A stretch of DNA of 60,182 bases, counting the filler. It is 5 parts of 5 records of this genome, joined end to end, with 100 filler letters (N's around TTAATTAATTAA, not from the genome) between each part and the next. Parts side by side here need not be neighbours in the genome. Positions count along the whole stretch, not along the records: positions 1 to 24,837 come from SRR31156797_588; positions 24,938 to 38,798 come from SRR31156797_611; 3 more parts are not named here. One strand, 5' to 3'. Under the pieces are notes generated by a model. That model worked only from the letters and a program-made list of their open reading frames with translations, did not search any database and was not told the origin of the DNA. A program made the position numbers and the translations under genes. Of the stretch, positions 20,235-29,815 are shown in pieces; within the stretch, counting starts at the first letter, position 1, and the number at the start of each line of letters is the position of its first letter.

Positions 20235-20471
20235 ATGGAAACAAATTTATTAAAGGATTTAATGGTTGAACTTGTAACTACCATATCAAATGATATGATA
20301 GGTGCTTTTAAAGGTGCGTTTAGTTCAATTAGTATTGTTTTAGTTTTAATTATTGGAGCTATATTTGTAAATAGATTTATAGATTATATAATTTACGGTG
20401 TATTTGGAGTTAGTGAAATACCTCTAGAGGATAGACCTTTAGAATCTGATGATGATGATTGGATGGATTGA
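20235..20471 (+). CDS. Coat-protein paralog A with acidic C-tail
   Basis: First ~50 aa align with 20908-21078; tail ESDDDDWMD. Confidence 0.7.
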   Translation: METNLLKDLMVELVTTISNDMIGAFKGAFSSISIVLVLIIGAIFVNRFIDYIIYGVFGVSEIPLEDRPLESDDDDWMD

Positions 20472-20533
20472 TTACTCAATAAACTAATTCAAAGTAGCAA
20501 GGTATTAATTCAACATTAGTTAGGAGTATTGTT

Positions 20534-20854
20534 TTGAAAGATAATGTTTTGGAATCTGTTGTAACTGAATTAACCGAAACCGTATCAATTGATATAATTG
20601 AGATGATTCAATCTATTGTAATGATTATGTCTGGATTGTTAGTATTAGTAATAGGTATTGGTTTTTTTATACGATTCATTAAAAACATATTATGGAATTC
20701 TACTACTGATTCATTTAATGGATTTACGAATTATTCATCTGATGGATACATTAATGGAAGTGATTTTTATGCTTTTGATGATGATGACCCTCCATGTGGA
20801 TTTGACGAAAATGGTGAGTTTTACACATTTGATGATGATGATTATAGGGATTGA
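20534..20854 (+). CDS. Coat-protein paralog B with long acidic/aromatic C-tail
   Basis: RBS AGGAG, TTG start; VLES..T.L..T.S.D.I matches the coat protein; tail FYAFDDDD...FYTFDDDD. Confidence 0.7.
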   Translation: MKDNVLESVVTELTETVSIDIIEMIQSIVMIMSGLLVLVIGIGFFIRFIKNILWNSTTDSFNGFTNYSSDGYINGSDFYAFDDDDPPCGFDENGEFYTFDDDDYRD

Positions 20855-20907
20855 TATAATCAGCTAGAGTAAAGCTGTTTATAAATAAATAATTAGGAGG
20901 TACTTGA

Positions 20908-21078
20908 ATGGAAACATCAGTACTGGAGAGCACAATTACAGATTTAGCGACTACTATTTCGGGAGACTTGATTGATACTATTACGAGTATCATGCCAATA
21001 TTAGCAGGTATTCTGGTCCTCGCTATAGGTATACCAGTAGGTATCAAACTGGTAAAAAAATTCACAAAGTCAGTATAA
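20908..21078 (+). CDS. Major coat protein, pVIII-like (not in ORF track)
   Basis: 56 aa METSVLESTITDLATTISGDLIDTITSIMPILAGILVLAIGIPVGIKLVKKFTKSV: acidic N-terminus, TM, basic tail like M13 GIKLFKKFT; RBS AGGAGGT; terminator follows. Confidence 0.88.
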   Translation: METSVLESTITDLATTISGDLIDTITSIMPILAGILVLAIGIPVGIKLVKKFTKSV

Positions 21079-21114
21079 ATAGTTGCGCTATAAAAGTGAC
21101 TTTGTGAACGACTT

Positions 21115-21148
21115 AGGGGGTAGTATAGTTATACTATCCTCTTATTTA
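21115..21148 (+). terminator. Terminator after the major coat gene
   Basis: AGGGGGTAGTATA/TATACTATCCTCT stem followed by T-rich sequence. Confidence 0.65.
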
Positions 21149-21162
21149 TTATAGGGGGTATA

Positions 21163-22728
21163 ATGAAAAATATCTACAAAAAGTTTGTTATCATTTTAAT
21201 GGTGTTAGTATTAATTTCAAGCGTTTTAATCGTACCAAAGGTAAATGTTGTACATGCTGATGGAGGAGCAACGCTAATAGCTGGAGCATTTATTGTAATA
21301 TTACTTATGGTTGGTAGTATGATGTGTATTAATTTAATACGAAATTTAGGCGGGAATAGCACACCACAAGCTAAAACTCAAGCAAAAATATATGTAAATA
21401 ATTTAACTGAGGATTTTGTTAATTGGTTACGTGATACTAATAGAACTAGTTCTTATACTATTATGAGTAGTAATGATTATGCTTTATATAATTCTATGTG
21501 GTCAGATTATTTGACTGATAATGATATGCATTCTATAAAATTAGATGCTCAATTAGTTCTAGATTGGCTATGTTTTTGGAAAACTGTTGGTGTATCAGAA
21601 TCTAATAGTTATCTTAATGATAGCTATGCAAATTATCCATCTACTACATATGATAGGATAAAATTTAATTGTTCTTATAACGATGTTGAGATGACAAGAA
21701 CTTATCCAGTAAAATTATTAGAAGATGGAGATGATACATACAGGGACTTATTAGATTATAATAGTCCATCAGACCATTATACTTATTTAGAATTATTAGA
21801 TTTAGGATTTGACCATATTGATGGAAGTAAAACTATGTATTTTTCTGATAATATTAGAGCTAGAAATAAAGATGTAAAATATATGTATGTGTATAAAAAT
21901 GGTTCTAGATTTTATACTAGTTATTTGAATAAGTATGTTTATTATGATGGTTATATACCAAGTGGCTATGATAATCTTTTATATAGAACTTTGTTTTGTT
22001 ATATCGTAGATGTTGCAACAGGACAGATATTTATTAATTTAGTATCTTATTATTCTACTGATTATGGAGTTACATTTAATGGTTTAGGAAATTATAATTC
22101 AATTGCTCAAATGATTGTACCAGTTGATTTAGATGATTTAAGTTTATCTGATTGTACAATACAGACTGCTACAGTTGATGTATCAGATATTCCTGTAACC
22201 AATGAATTAGATATATCTACAATAACAGATAATTCGACTGTAGCCGAAATTACTGATGTAATAGAGGGTTCTACAGTTGATACAGCTACTGGAACTATAG
22301 ATATACCAAGTGCTGATACTGCTAGTGATGCCGTAATTGGTGGAGCTATTACAAATATTTATAATGAATATGTAAATGTTAGTGATACTACTACTGTTAC
22401 ATATGAATATCCTGATTATGAATCTCCCGATATTGATGATGAAACAATGAATAAGTGGAAGCTTCCAAATGCAATTATGACTAGATTTCCGTTTTGTCTG
22501 CCTTGGGATTTAATGAATCTATTATCATCATTTGAACAAGAGCCAGTAATGCCATCAATAACATTAGATTATGAATTGTATATGATGGGTACACCATTGG
22601 AATTGAATATAGAAATACCTTTTGAGGATTTAGGAATAGATGTTATTGCAACTATTACAAGATATGCTTCAGTTATTTCATTTATTTTAGGATTAATATT
22701 CATATCACGTAAAATGATTATGTCATAA
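21163..22728 (+). CDS. pIII-like adsorption protein
   Basis: 521 aa, signal peptide (VHA-DG), Asp/Thr-rich linker, FPFCLPWDL motif, C-terminal TM; lies between coat and pVI-like genes. Confidence 0.75.
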   Translation: MKNIYKKFVIILMVLVLISSVLIVPKVNVVHADGGATLIAGAFIVILLMVGSMMCINLIRNLGGNSTPQAKTQAKIYVNNLTEDFVNWLRDTNRTSSYTIMSSNDYALYNSMWSDYLTDNDMHSIKLDAQLVLDWLCFWKTVGVSESNSYLNDSYANYPSTTYDRIKFNCSYNDVEMTRTYPVKLLEDGDDTYRDLLDYNSPSDHYTYLELLDLGFDHIDGSKTMYFSDNIRARNKDVKYMYVYKNGSRFYTSYLNKYVYYDGYIPSGYDNLLYRTLFCYIVDVATGQIFINLVSYYSTDYGVTFNGLGNYNSIAQMIVPVDLDDLSLSDCTIQTATVDVSDIPVTNELDISTITDNSTVAEITDVIEGSTVDTATGTIDIPSADTASDAVIGGAITNIYNEYVNVSDTTTVTYEYPDYESPDIDDETMNKWKLPNAIMTRFPFCLPWDLMNLLSSFEQEPVMPSITLDYELYMMGTPLELNIEIPFEDLGIDVIATITRYASVISFILGLIFISRKMIMS

Positions 22729-22867
22729 AACCTGAACATTAGCTTAACCCGGCATTGCTTAATGTTCGGCTTTTTTGCTAATAATTGAATTAAAACGGAA
22801 CTGCTGCGGTGTTGATTAATACTCCTGAAGCAGTTAAAACACGAACATTACATTAAAGGAGAAATTT

Positions 22868-23107
22868 ATGGATGTATTATTAAATCAATTGGATAGTTGG
22901 CTTGCTGACCTTGTTAGTTTATTGCCATCAAGTCCATTTACAACAATAGATCATTTGGTATCTAATGAATGGTCGCAGGCACTAGGGATAATAAATTATT
23001 TTGTCAATGTAACAGCAATGTTATATATTGGTGGACTTTGGCTTGTTTCTGTAGCAGGTTATCTTTTAATATCTGCTATTCTAAGATGGGTAAAGGCGGT
23101 GTCATAA
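22868..23107 (+). CDS. pVI-like minor coat/membrane protein
   Basis: 79 aa hydrophobic, LLPSSPF, INYFV, LRWVK; stop overlaps the Zot start (TAATG). Confidence 0.8.
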   Translation: MDVLLNQLDSWLADLVSLLPSSPFTTIDHLVSNEWSQALGIINYFVNVTAMLYIGGLWLVSVAGYLLISAILRWVKAVS

Positions 23108-23802
23108 TGTCAATTTACATTTATACTGGAACACCTGGTAGTGGAAAATCATTAAAAGCAAGTATAGAAGAGCTTGAAAGTATAAATTTCAATAAGTATG
23201 TTATATCAAATTTTCCAATAAACAGTGATTATTACTATAAACATTATGAAAAATGTATAAAAAAAAGAATGGTAAATGATAAAGAATTACGAACTAGACA
23301 TTATAGAAAGGCTGAATGTGAATTATATAATAAGTTCATTTATATGGATAATGATATGTTATCTCAATCGGGAGCAGTTAAAAGACTGGTTCAGATATCA
23401 AAGCGTTTTTTTACTCCTAGAAAAGAAAGCCAAGCATTACTTGTTATTGATGAAGCCAGCGTATTGTTTAATTCTCGTGATTTTTGGAAGAATCCTAATA
23501 GTAAGGCATGGTTGAAGTTCTTCTCACAGCATAGAAAACTTGGATATGACATTATATTGATTACTCAATTAGATTCCGCATTAGATAAGCAGTTATTAGG
23601 ATTAGTTGAATATAATAAGATACATAGATGTTGTAATAATTTTGGGATTATAGGCAAGGTTTTATCTGTTTTAAGAATAAAGTTATTTGTTCAGATAAAT
23701 CAATGGTATGTAGGTCGTGGGCAGGTTGATAATCATCAATTTTTCATGTATCGGCCATACTATAATAAATTATATGATACATATGCGTTTTTTGATGTTT
23801 AG
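23107..23802 (+). CDS. Zot/pI-like morphogenesis ATPase
   Basis: Start MSIYIYTG; Walker A GTPGSGKS, Walker B LLVIDEA, QHRKLGYDIILITQ, YDT. Confidence 0.93.
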   Translation: MSIYIYTGTPGSGKSLKASIEELESINFNKYVISNFPINSDYYYKHYEKCIKKRMVNDKELRTRHYRKAECELYNKFIYMDNDMLSQSGAVKRLVQISKRFFTPRKESQALLVIDEASVLFNSRDFWKNPNSKAWLKFFSQHRKLGYDIILITQLDSALDKQLLGLVEYNKIHRCCNNFGIIGKVLSVLRIKLFVQINQWYVGRGQVDNHQFFMYRPYYNKLYDTYAFFDV

Positions 23803-23803
23803 C

Positions 23804-23851
23804 CGATTACCACATCCCCACTGGCGACTGCACAGGGGGATGTGGTAATCG
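23804..23851. repeat. Perfect 16-bp inverted repeat (packaging signal, single-strand origin or terminator)
   Basis: CGATTACCACATCCCC-N16-GGGGATGTGGTAATCG. Confidence 0.8.
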
Positions 23852-23910
23852 CTTTATAAATTTGATATTACCTCATTATTCTTAATTATATATAAATAAA
23901 ATATATAATT

Positions 23911-24837
23911 ATGGGGGAGAAAATGAAAAACACATTACCACAATTGAATTACAACAATGTTATTGATACTAATAAAAGTAATATAACATTAAACCAATGG
24001 ATTAATTATTGTCTAGAAAACATCATGTATCAGAGATTAGAAAAAACTACTTTGTATGGATATGAGGGAATTATAAGACGGTATATTAACCCTTTTTTAG
24101 GCTCATTAAAAATAACAAAAATAAAGCCTTATATAATACAAATGTATTATACCAAACTCATTAATCAAATTGGATTATCACCAAATACAGTTATCAAGCA
24201 TCATGATTTGTTAAAAGTAATATTTAAGTATGCATATTTTAATGAATTGATTGATAATAACCCTATTCATAGAGTAATACCACCTAGAAAAATACAACCT
24301 AAAATGAATGTATATAATGTAAAGCAGCTTAATAAATTATTAAGTCTTTCAGCAAATACGAAAATTGAAATAGTAATTGTTTTATGTGTATATTTAGGTT
24401 TGCGTAGAAGTGAAGCATGCGGTCTTTCTTGGTCTGATTTGGATTTCAATGAACGTACTATTTATATACATACTGCTCGGACTTCTGCAGGCTCAGAAGT
24501 GATTGTAAAGGGAACAAAAACGCGTTCATCTACTAGATATCTTCATATGACAGATACAGTTTATAATTATTTGCTTAAGGAAAAATATTTGCAAGAAAAT
24601 AATAAAATTTTATTAGCTGCAGAATATATTGATTCTGATTATGTTCTTGTAATGAAAAATGGTAAACCATATAGACCAAATTATATTTCGGAACTATTTA
24701 CGGACTTTATAAAAGCAAATGATTTACCTAAGATAGTATTACAGGAACTAAGACATACATTTGCATCATTATCCAACGTGGCTAAGGTACCAGATTTTGA
24801 TATTAGTAAAGCACTAGGGCATTCTACACCATCAACA
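23911..24837 (+). CDS. int: Tyrosine integrase, 3'-truncated
   Basis: LGLRRSEACGL.W.D, TKT, QELRHT, LGHS. Confidence 0.92.
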
Positions 24838-24937
24838 NNNNNNNNNNNNNNNNNNNNNNNNNNNNNNNNNNNNNNNNNNNNTTAATTAATTAANNNNNNN
24901 NNNNNNNNNNNNNNNNNNNNNNNNNNNNNNNNNNNNN
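24838..24937. other. Artificial contig spacer
   Basis: N44-TTAATTAATTAA-N44, stops in all six frames. Confidence 0.98.
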
Positions 24938-25413
24938 GAATTATAAATACTTGACAATATATACTTATTAGATAAAATCATCCATTTTAACTGATTTTGT
25001 GTGTAGTAATAAATCCCCGATAAAGACAATGATATCATCCCTAAACAATATAAACTTTGATTATAATCATTGAATTCATCAAAGATAATATAAAAAAATG
25101 TTTTTTCAAACAATAAACTTATTATTAAAAAAAATAAAAATATAAAAAATGTATATAAAAGACCAGTAGAAGCTATAATCTTTTTTCCTAAGGAACTTCT
25201 TGTATCTGGATAGAATCTTCCTACAGCATTCGTAATGGATAAAGGTATTACAGTAGATACTAATGAACCAAAAACCATAATAATATCTAATATACCATAA
25301 TCTTCAGGTGATATAAATCTTGTATATATTGGCAATAATATAACTGACATACCTTTTGTAAGAACATTACCAATAGTATAAACAAAACCGCTTTTAAAAA
25401 AAGACCTTACCAT
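24938..25413 (-). CDS. Polysaccharide flippase (Wzx-like), truncated
   Basis: LLPIYTR..SPEDYG N-terminal motif, TM helices. Confidence 0.85.
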
Positions 25414-25414
25414 T

Positions 25415-26464
25415 TTAATATAATTCTTTATAAACCTTTTCCATATTTTCTAATATCACCTTATTATCAAAATATTTTTTCACAAAATCAACACCCTTAA
25501 TTCCTAATTCAATTCTCAATGATTTATCTAAAATTAAAAGTTCTAAACGTTCTTCTAAGTTTTCAATATTTGCATTATAAATAGGACAGTCAGGGAAATG
25601 TTCATTTTTAACTTCTTCAACAATATATTGTACTACTGGTTTTCCATATCCCATTCCTTCTACAGCCAGAGTTCCAAAGCTACTAATAAGAAATTGATCA
25701 ACAATTATATCAGAATTCTTATATATCTCTTGAGCAGTTTTATTGGGCATATTTTCTACTCTTTGATATTTAAATTTTAATCCTTTAGACTTAAGATTAT
25801 TAATTGCCTTTTCTACATATATAGTCCCTTTTATTTCTTTATTTGTTGGTGCATGTACAATTATAGGAATATCATTGCTTTTAACTTCTTTACACAAGTT
25901 AGTTATATCAAAACCTAAATTATGTATCCAAGGATGAGCTAATACTTTTTCTTTTTTAATTACAAATAATACATTTCTATAAGCATCTCTAGGAGCTAAA
26001 ACTTTATCACACCACAATCCATGCCATTGTAACATTTTAACTTTTTTAGAATCATATTTAGGATGATTAATTCCCATTCTTAACAAATGAGCATATGGAT
26101 TTCTTTTTGATTCAACATATTCTATAAGTCTTGATTCGCTTCCACAATATGTCATTATAATTTTTTTTCTAAATAGTTTTAAAATTGGTAAATCTAAATT
26201 ATAAGGTAAAAGAGACATACCAGCATAAAAATGGAAAATATCATATTTAATAAGCATTAGAAAGAAATTAATAATTCTTATAAAATAATTCGTAACTTTA
26301 GAATAATCACTTAATCTTAGATTATAATCAAAATTATCTCTAACACTCATATTATCATAAACTATACAGTCAGAAATATAACCTTTACTTCTAAGATACT
26401 TAGAGATATAACCTCCAATTCCACCTACAGTTGATGGACCATGATAAATTTTATTTTTTTTCAT
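25415..26464 (-). CDS. Glycosyltransferase (GT-B, GT4-like)
   Basis: HAPT...KGT, DIIVDQ, EGMGYGKPV. Confidence 0.85.
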   Translation of the reverse strand: MKKNKIYHGPSTVGGIGGYISKYLRSKGYISDCIVYDNMSVRDNFDYNLRLSDYSKVTNYFIRIINFFLMLIKYDIFHFYAGMSLLPYNLDLPILKLFRKKIIMTYCGSESRLIEYVESKRNPYAHLLRMGINHPKYDSKKVKMLQWHGLWCDKVLAPRDAYRNVLFVIKKEKVLAHPWIHNLGFDITNLCKEVKSNDIPIIVHAPTNKEIKGTIYVEKAINNLKSKGLKFKYQRVENMPNKTAQEIYKNSDIIVDQFLISSFGTLAVEGMGYGKPVVQYIVEEVKNEHFPDCPIYNANIENLEERLELLILDKSLRIELGIKGVDFVKKYFDNKVILENMEKVYKELY

Positions 26465-26505
26465 TTTATACTTAACTTTCTAAATAATTTTTAAATTAAT
26501 ATAAA

Positions 26506-27429
26506 TTATATTAATCTTTTTCGGATAGTATTTATCTTTTGAGAAGGGGGACCTTCATATCCATTAAATTCTATTCTATTTATTTTAATTTTACCTCTTC
26601 CTGTTATAACTATAATACTACCATCTTCCGCTATACTTGAAATCTGTCCATTTTTAGACAAATAAACTTCATCATCTTCAAAAATTTCTGCATCCCATAT
26701 TATTAGTTTCTTACCATCATATTCACAGTATGCACCACTGTATGGCTTATTAGAAGCATTTATAAGTCTTAATATCTCAATATTTGTTTTATTCCAATTT
26801 ATCTTTCCATCTTCTGGAATTCTTGGATAGCATCTTAAAGCATCTTTAGGATTTTTTGATTGTATTTCTAAAATATAACCTGAATCTTTCTCAAGTTTTT
26901 GAACAGAGTTTAAAAACATCTCAGGAATTTTTTTATTAAACCACTTATAGATAGCTGTTATTTTAGTATTTATATCTATATCTAAATACTTTCTGTCTAT
27001 AATATTTCCACTATCAACTTCTCCACCTATCATAGAGTGAATACAAAGACCTATTTTATCTTCACCGTTGATTATTGCCCATGATTGGCAAGCATTTCCT
27101 CTGTATCGAGGTAAATCCCCTCCATGAGCATTTAAAACTCCAAGAGGGAACAAATCAATAACACTTTGAGAAATAATGCTTGAATAATTTAGACTTACAG
27201 CTATTTCACAATTTGTTTTTTTTATCTTTTCTTTGTACTTATCAAGTTTATTTGTATAAATATATTTTGCACCTATTTTATTTGATAGTTCTTCAAAATC
27301 TTTTGATGTTTTAGTATATTCAGGTACTTCTTTTGATGTGATGATGAGTGGTATTTCATAACCACTTTTTAAAAATAGTTCTACTGTTTCATATAAAATT
27401 TCTGTTCTTCCTATTATTGCTATTTTCAT
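26506..27429 (-). CDS. Sugar N-formyltransferase (Fmt-like)
   Basis: NAHGGDLPRYRG, VDSGNII; located in a glycan locus. Confidence 0.85.
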   Translation of the reverse strand: MKIAIIGRTEILYETVELFLKSGYEIPLIITSKEVPEYTKTSKDFEELSNKIGAKYIYTNKLDKYKEKIKKTNCEIAVSLNYSSIISQSVIDLFPLGVLNAHGGDLPRYRGNACQSWAIINGEDKIGLCIHSMIGGEVDSGNIIDRKYLDIDINTKITAIYKWFNKKIPEMFLNSVQKLEKDSGYILEIQSKNPKDALRCYPRIPEDGKINWNKTNIEILRLINASNKPYSGAYCEYDGKKLIIWDAEIFEDDEVYLSKNGQISSIAEDGSIIVITGRGKIKINRIEFNGYEGPPSQKINTIRKRLI

Positions 27430-28133
27430 ATAATATTACCTACATACTCTTTCAAGTTCATAATCTGTATATTCCCTTCTAAATGTTGTTTAATAACATC
27501 ATCAAGCATAGTTTCTGTTCCAATACCCATATTTTTGCTAAATTCTTTATTTGCTTTGTACATTTTATACTGCTTTTCAGAATCAGAGTTTAGATAGACA
27601 TGTATTGGATGAAAATCTAAGATTTTATTTTCTAAGTTTTGGATATCACTAAATTGATATTTTTTATCTCTTTGATAAAACTCGTAGTCATCTTCCCAAT
27701 TATAGGGAATTCTTAAAATCCTATGGTTATTTATCTCAAAGTAAAATTTTTCTAAGTTATTAACATTTGGCATAAAAATAGAACAATCTATTTGAATACC
27801 TTTTTCCATCATAAATATAAGCTTATTTGATGATACTTTAAGTCCATGTGGTCTACAAGATACTGCATCTGGAACTATTGATAAACAGTGTTCTATAACT
27901 TCTTGATAACTATTTCCATGAGTAGAATTATCATTGAAATTTGGATGTATTCCAAGTTCAAATAAATTATACTTTTTTATTTTGTTAAGTAATTTAGTAT
28001 CGTGTGTCACAAAAAATGTCGCTGGAATATTGTTCTTTATTAATTTGTCCAAAAGATAGTCAAGGACCTCATCAGTACACCAATCTAAATCAAAAGTTAA
28101 TACAATTTTATTCACTAATCTCAACCTCTTCAA
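27426..28133 (-). CDS. WbmS-like polysaccharide deacetylase family protein
   Basis: TFDLDW, ATFFVTH, GIHPNF, WEDD, DFHPIH; probable GTG start at 28115. Confidence 0.75.
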   Translation of the reverse strand: MKRLRLVNKIVLTFDLDWCTDEVLDYLLDKLIKNNIPATFFVTHDTKLLNKIKKYNLFELGIHPNFNDNSTHGNSYQEVIEHCLSIVPDAVSCRPHGLKVSSNKLIFMMEKGIQIDCSIFMPNVNNLEKFYFEINNHRILRIPYNWEDDYEFYQRDKKYQFSDIQNLENKILDFHPIHVYLNSDSEKQYKMYKANKEFSKNMGIGTETMLDDVIKQHLEGNIQIMNLKEYVGNII

Positions 28134-29142
28134 TTGTTCTCATTATGATTGAATTATTATAATTATGGTTCCATTTTTCGCCCAAAACTTGATGCTTAAT
28201 CATAAGCTCTGGTTCATTGTATCCTGCCATTGCTCGTAATGATGTAGTTCCAGATAATCTAGGATTTATTTCAAATAACATAAGTTCACCATTTACTTCT
28301 CGACATTGAATATTTAAAGGACCTTTTGAACCAATCAATTTAGCGATATATTCTGCTTGTTCTTGTAAGTTCTCATTATGACACACTTTTCCTTGTGATA
28401 TTCCAGATGAAATAACATAAATATTGTTTTTTTGGTCTCTAACTTTTTTATATGTTGACAATGCATTTGTAATAAATCTTTTGATTGCAATACTTCCTAC
28501 AACTTTTCCATTAATATCTGAACTTACACCTATTGTATATTCATCTTCATGAGTTCCAATATAATGCTGAGCCACAATATCTACATTGTGTTTAAGCATA
28601 TATTTAACTAGTAATTGACAATCTTCTTTATCTAGTGCTATGTATACATCTGAAGAGCCTCCTGAACCTGTACTTGGTTTTAATACCAAAGGATAAAAAT
28701 CTATTTCATCTATATCTTCAATCTTATCTATTTTTTTAAATTTTGGTAACTTCACACCTTTAGTTTCTAAATATTTATAAGTTTCATATTTGTTCATACA
28801 CAAGGATATAGTTTCTTTTGAATTTAAAGGATGTTTAACATTAGCATTTTCAAATTTTTCTCTATTTTCAGATATAAACTTTAATTCTGGCTCTGAACCA
28901 TGAAATATAAAAGAAATATTGTTTTCTTTTATTATATCAAAAATGATTTTTTCATATTTTTCATCTGTCACATAAGGAACTAAATAAAATTCATCTACTA
29001 AGTTCTTTCCTGTTGTTAATGAAGTAACATCGGTTCCAATAATTGTTAAATCTAAATCATTAATTAATTTTAGTGATTTTATAATCTGTTCTCCATGACT
29101 TCCACCACCAATTCCCGTAACCAAAACATTAATTTTTTTCAT
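28108..29142 (-). CDS. ATP-grasp protein (CarB-like)
   Basis: VLVTGIGGG, LKP..GSGGS, EYT, FEINPRLSG. Confidence 0.88.
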   Translation of the reverse strand: MKKINVLVTGIGGGSHGEQIIKSLKLINDLDLTIIGTDVTSLTTGKNLVDEFYLVPYVTDEKYEKIIFDIIKENNISFIFHGSEPELKFISENREKFENANVKHPLNSKETISLCMNKYETYKYLETKGVKLPKFKKIDKIEDIDEIDFYPLVLKPSTGSGGSSDVYIALDKEDCQLLVKYMLKHNVDIVAQHYIGTHEDEYTIGVSSDINGKVVGSIAIKRFITNALSTYKKVRDQKNNIYVISSGISQGKVCHNENLQEQAEYIAKLIGSKGPLNIQCREVNGELMLFEINPRLSGTTSLRAMAGYNEPELMIKHQVLGEKWNHNYNNSIIMRTIEEVEISE

Positions 29143-29815
29143 TTTTACCTCTTTTCAAAATATCTATCAGTTGAACTGAGTATTGTTTATTCTTTAGCTT
29201 CTTAGTAAATTCACAAAATTTTTGATTTATTTTTTTAATTTTAACTTCTTCTAATTCAAAATCAACTATGGCATAAGAAGACTGTTTAGTATAGTCTCTT
29301 GGTTGCCCGATAGAACCTGGATTTACAATACATGTTCCAAAATGATATGTAATTTTAGGTATATGAGTATGACCAAAAAAATAATAATCATACTCTTTCA
29401 AAAACTCTAACTCTAAAGCATCAAGGCTATATATATATTTTTCACAATCATTTGGTAAGGAATGAGTCATATAAACTTTTTTATTACCTACTTTTAAAAT
29501 TATTTCATCTTTTAAATTTACTAAAAAATCTAAGTTTTCATTACTTAAAATATTTCTTTGATTTTGTATTCTATAAAGCTGATCTTTTTTTAAGTCATAA
29601 GCTAACTCATCTAATAAATATTTATCATGATTCCCTTTTAAACATTTAATATCTTTTTTTTTAATCAAAGCAATCACTTCATTTGGGTTATCGTAATAAC
29701 CAACTAAATCACCTAAACAATAAATTTCATTAACATTTTCTTTTTCTATTTCATGTAATACTTTTTTTAAATAAAAAAGATTTGAATGTATATCAGATAT
29801 TAATGCAATTTTCAT
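29129..29815 (-). CDS. Metallophosphoesterase (YfcE-like)
   Basis: SDIHSN, GDLVGY, GNHD, GHTH, NPGSIGQPRD. Confidence 0.9.
   Translation of the reverse strand: MKIALISDIHSNLFYLKKVLHEIEKENVNEIYCLGDLVGYYDNPNEVIALIKKKDIKCLKGNHDKYLLDELAYDLKKDQLYRIQNQRNILSNENLDFLVNLKDEIILKVGNKKVYMTHSLPNDCEKYIYSLDALELEFLKEYDYYFFGHTHIPKITYHFGTCIVNPGSIGQPRDYTKQSSYAIVDFELEEVKIKKINQKFCEFTKKLKNKQYSVQLIDILKRGKNEKN

Larger units (their letters stand above)
17936..24837 (+). mobile_element. Inovirus-like (filamentous phage) prophage integrated at the tmRNA 3' end; right end truncated by the contig break
   Basis: Gene order att, II/X Rep, SSB-like, small TM proteins, coat, pIII-like, pVI-like, Zot/pI ATPase, integrase; about 7 kb, all on one strand. 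Confidence 0.92.

Noticed and set aside
20658-21065. Alternative ORFs 20658-20867 (+) and 20751-21065 (-)
   Set aside because: Shadow frames of paralog B and of the major coat gene
22969-23106. 46-aa N-terminal extension of Zot given in the ORF track
   Set aside because: It overlaps the pVI-like gene; the ATG at 23107 has an RBS-like AAGGCGGT and gives the usual Walker A position
23107-23802. Zonula occludens toxin as a virulence factor
   Set aside because: Only the ATPase domain is present, in a phage morphogenesis context; there is no C-terminal toxin region
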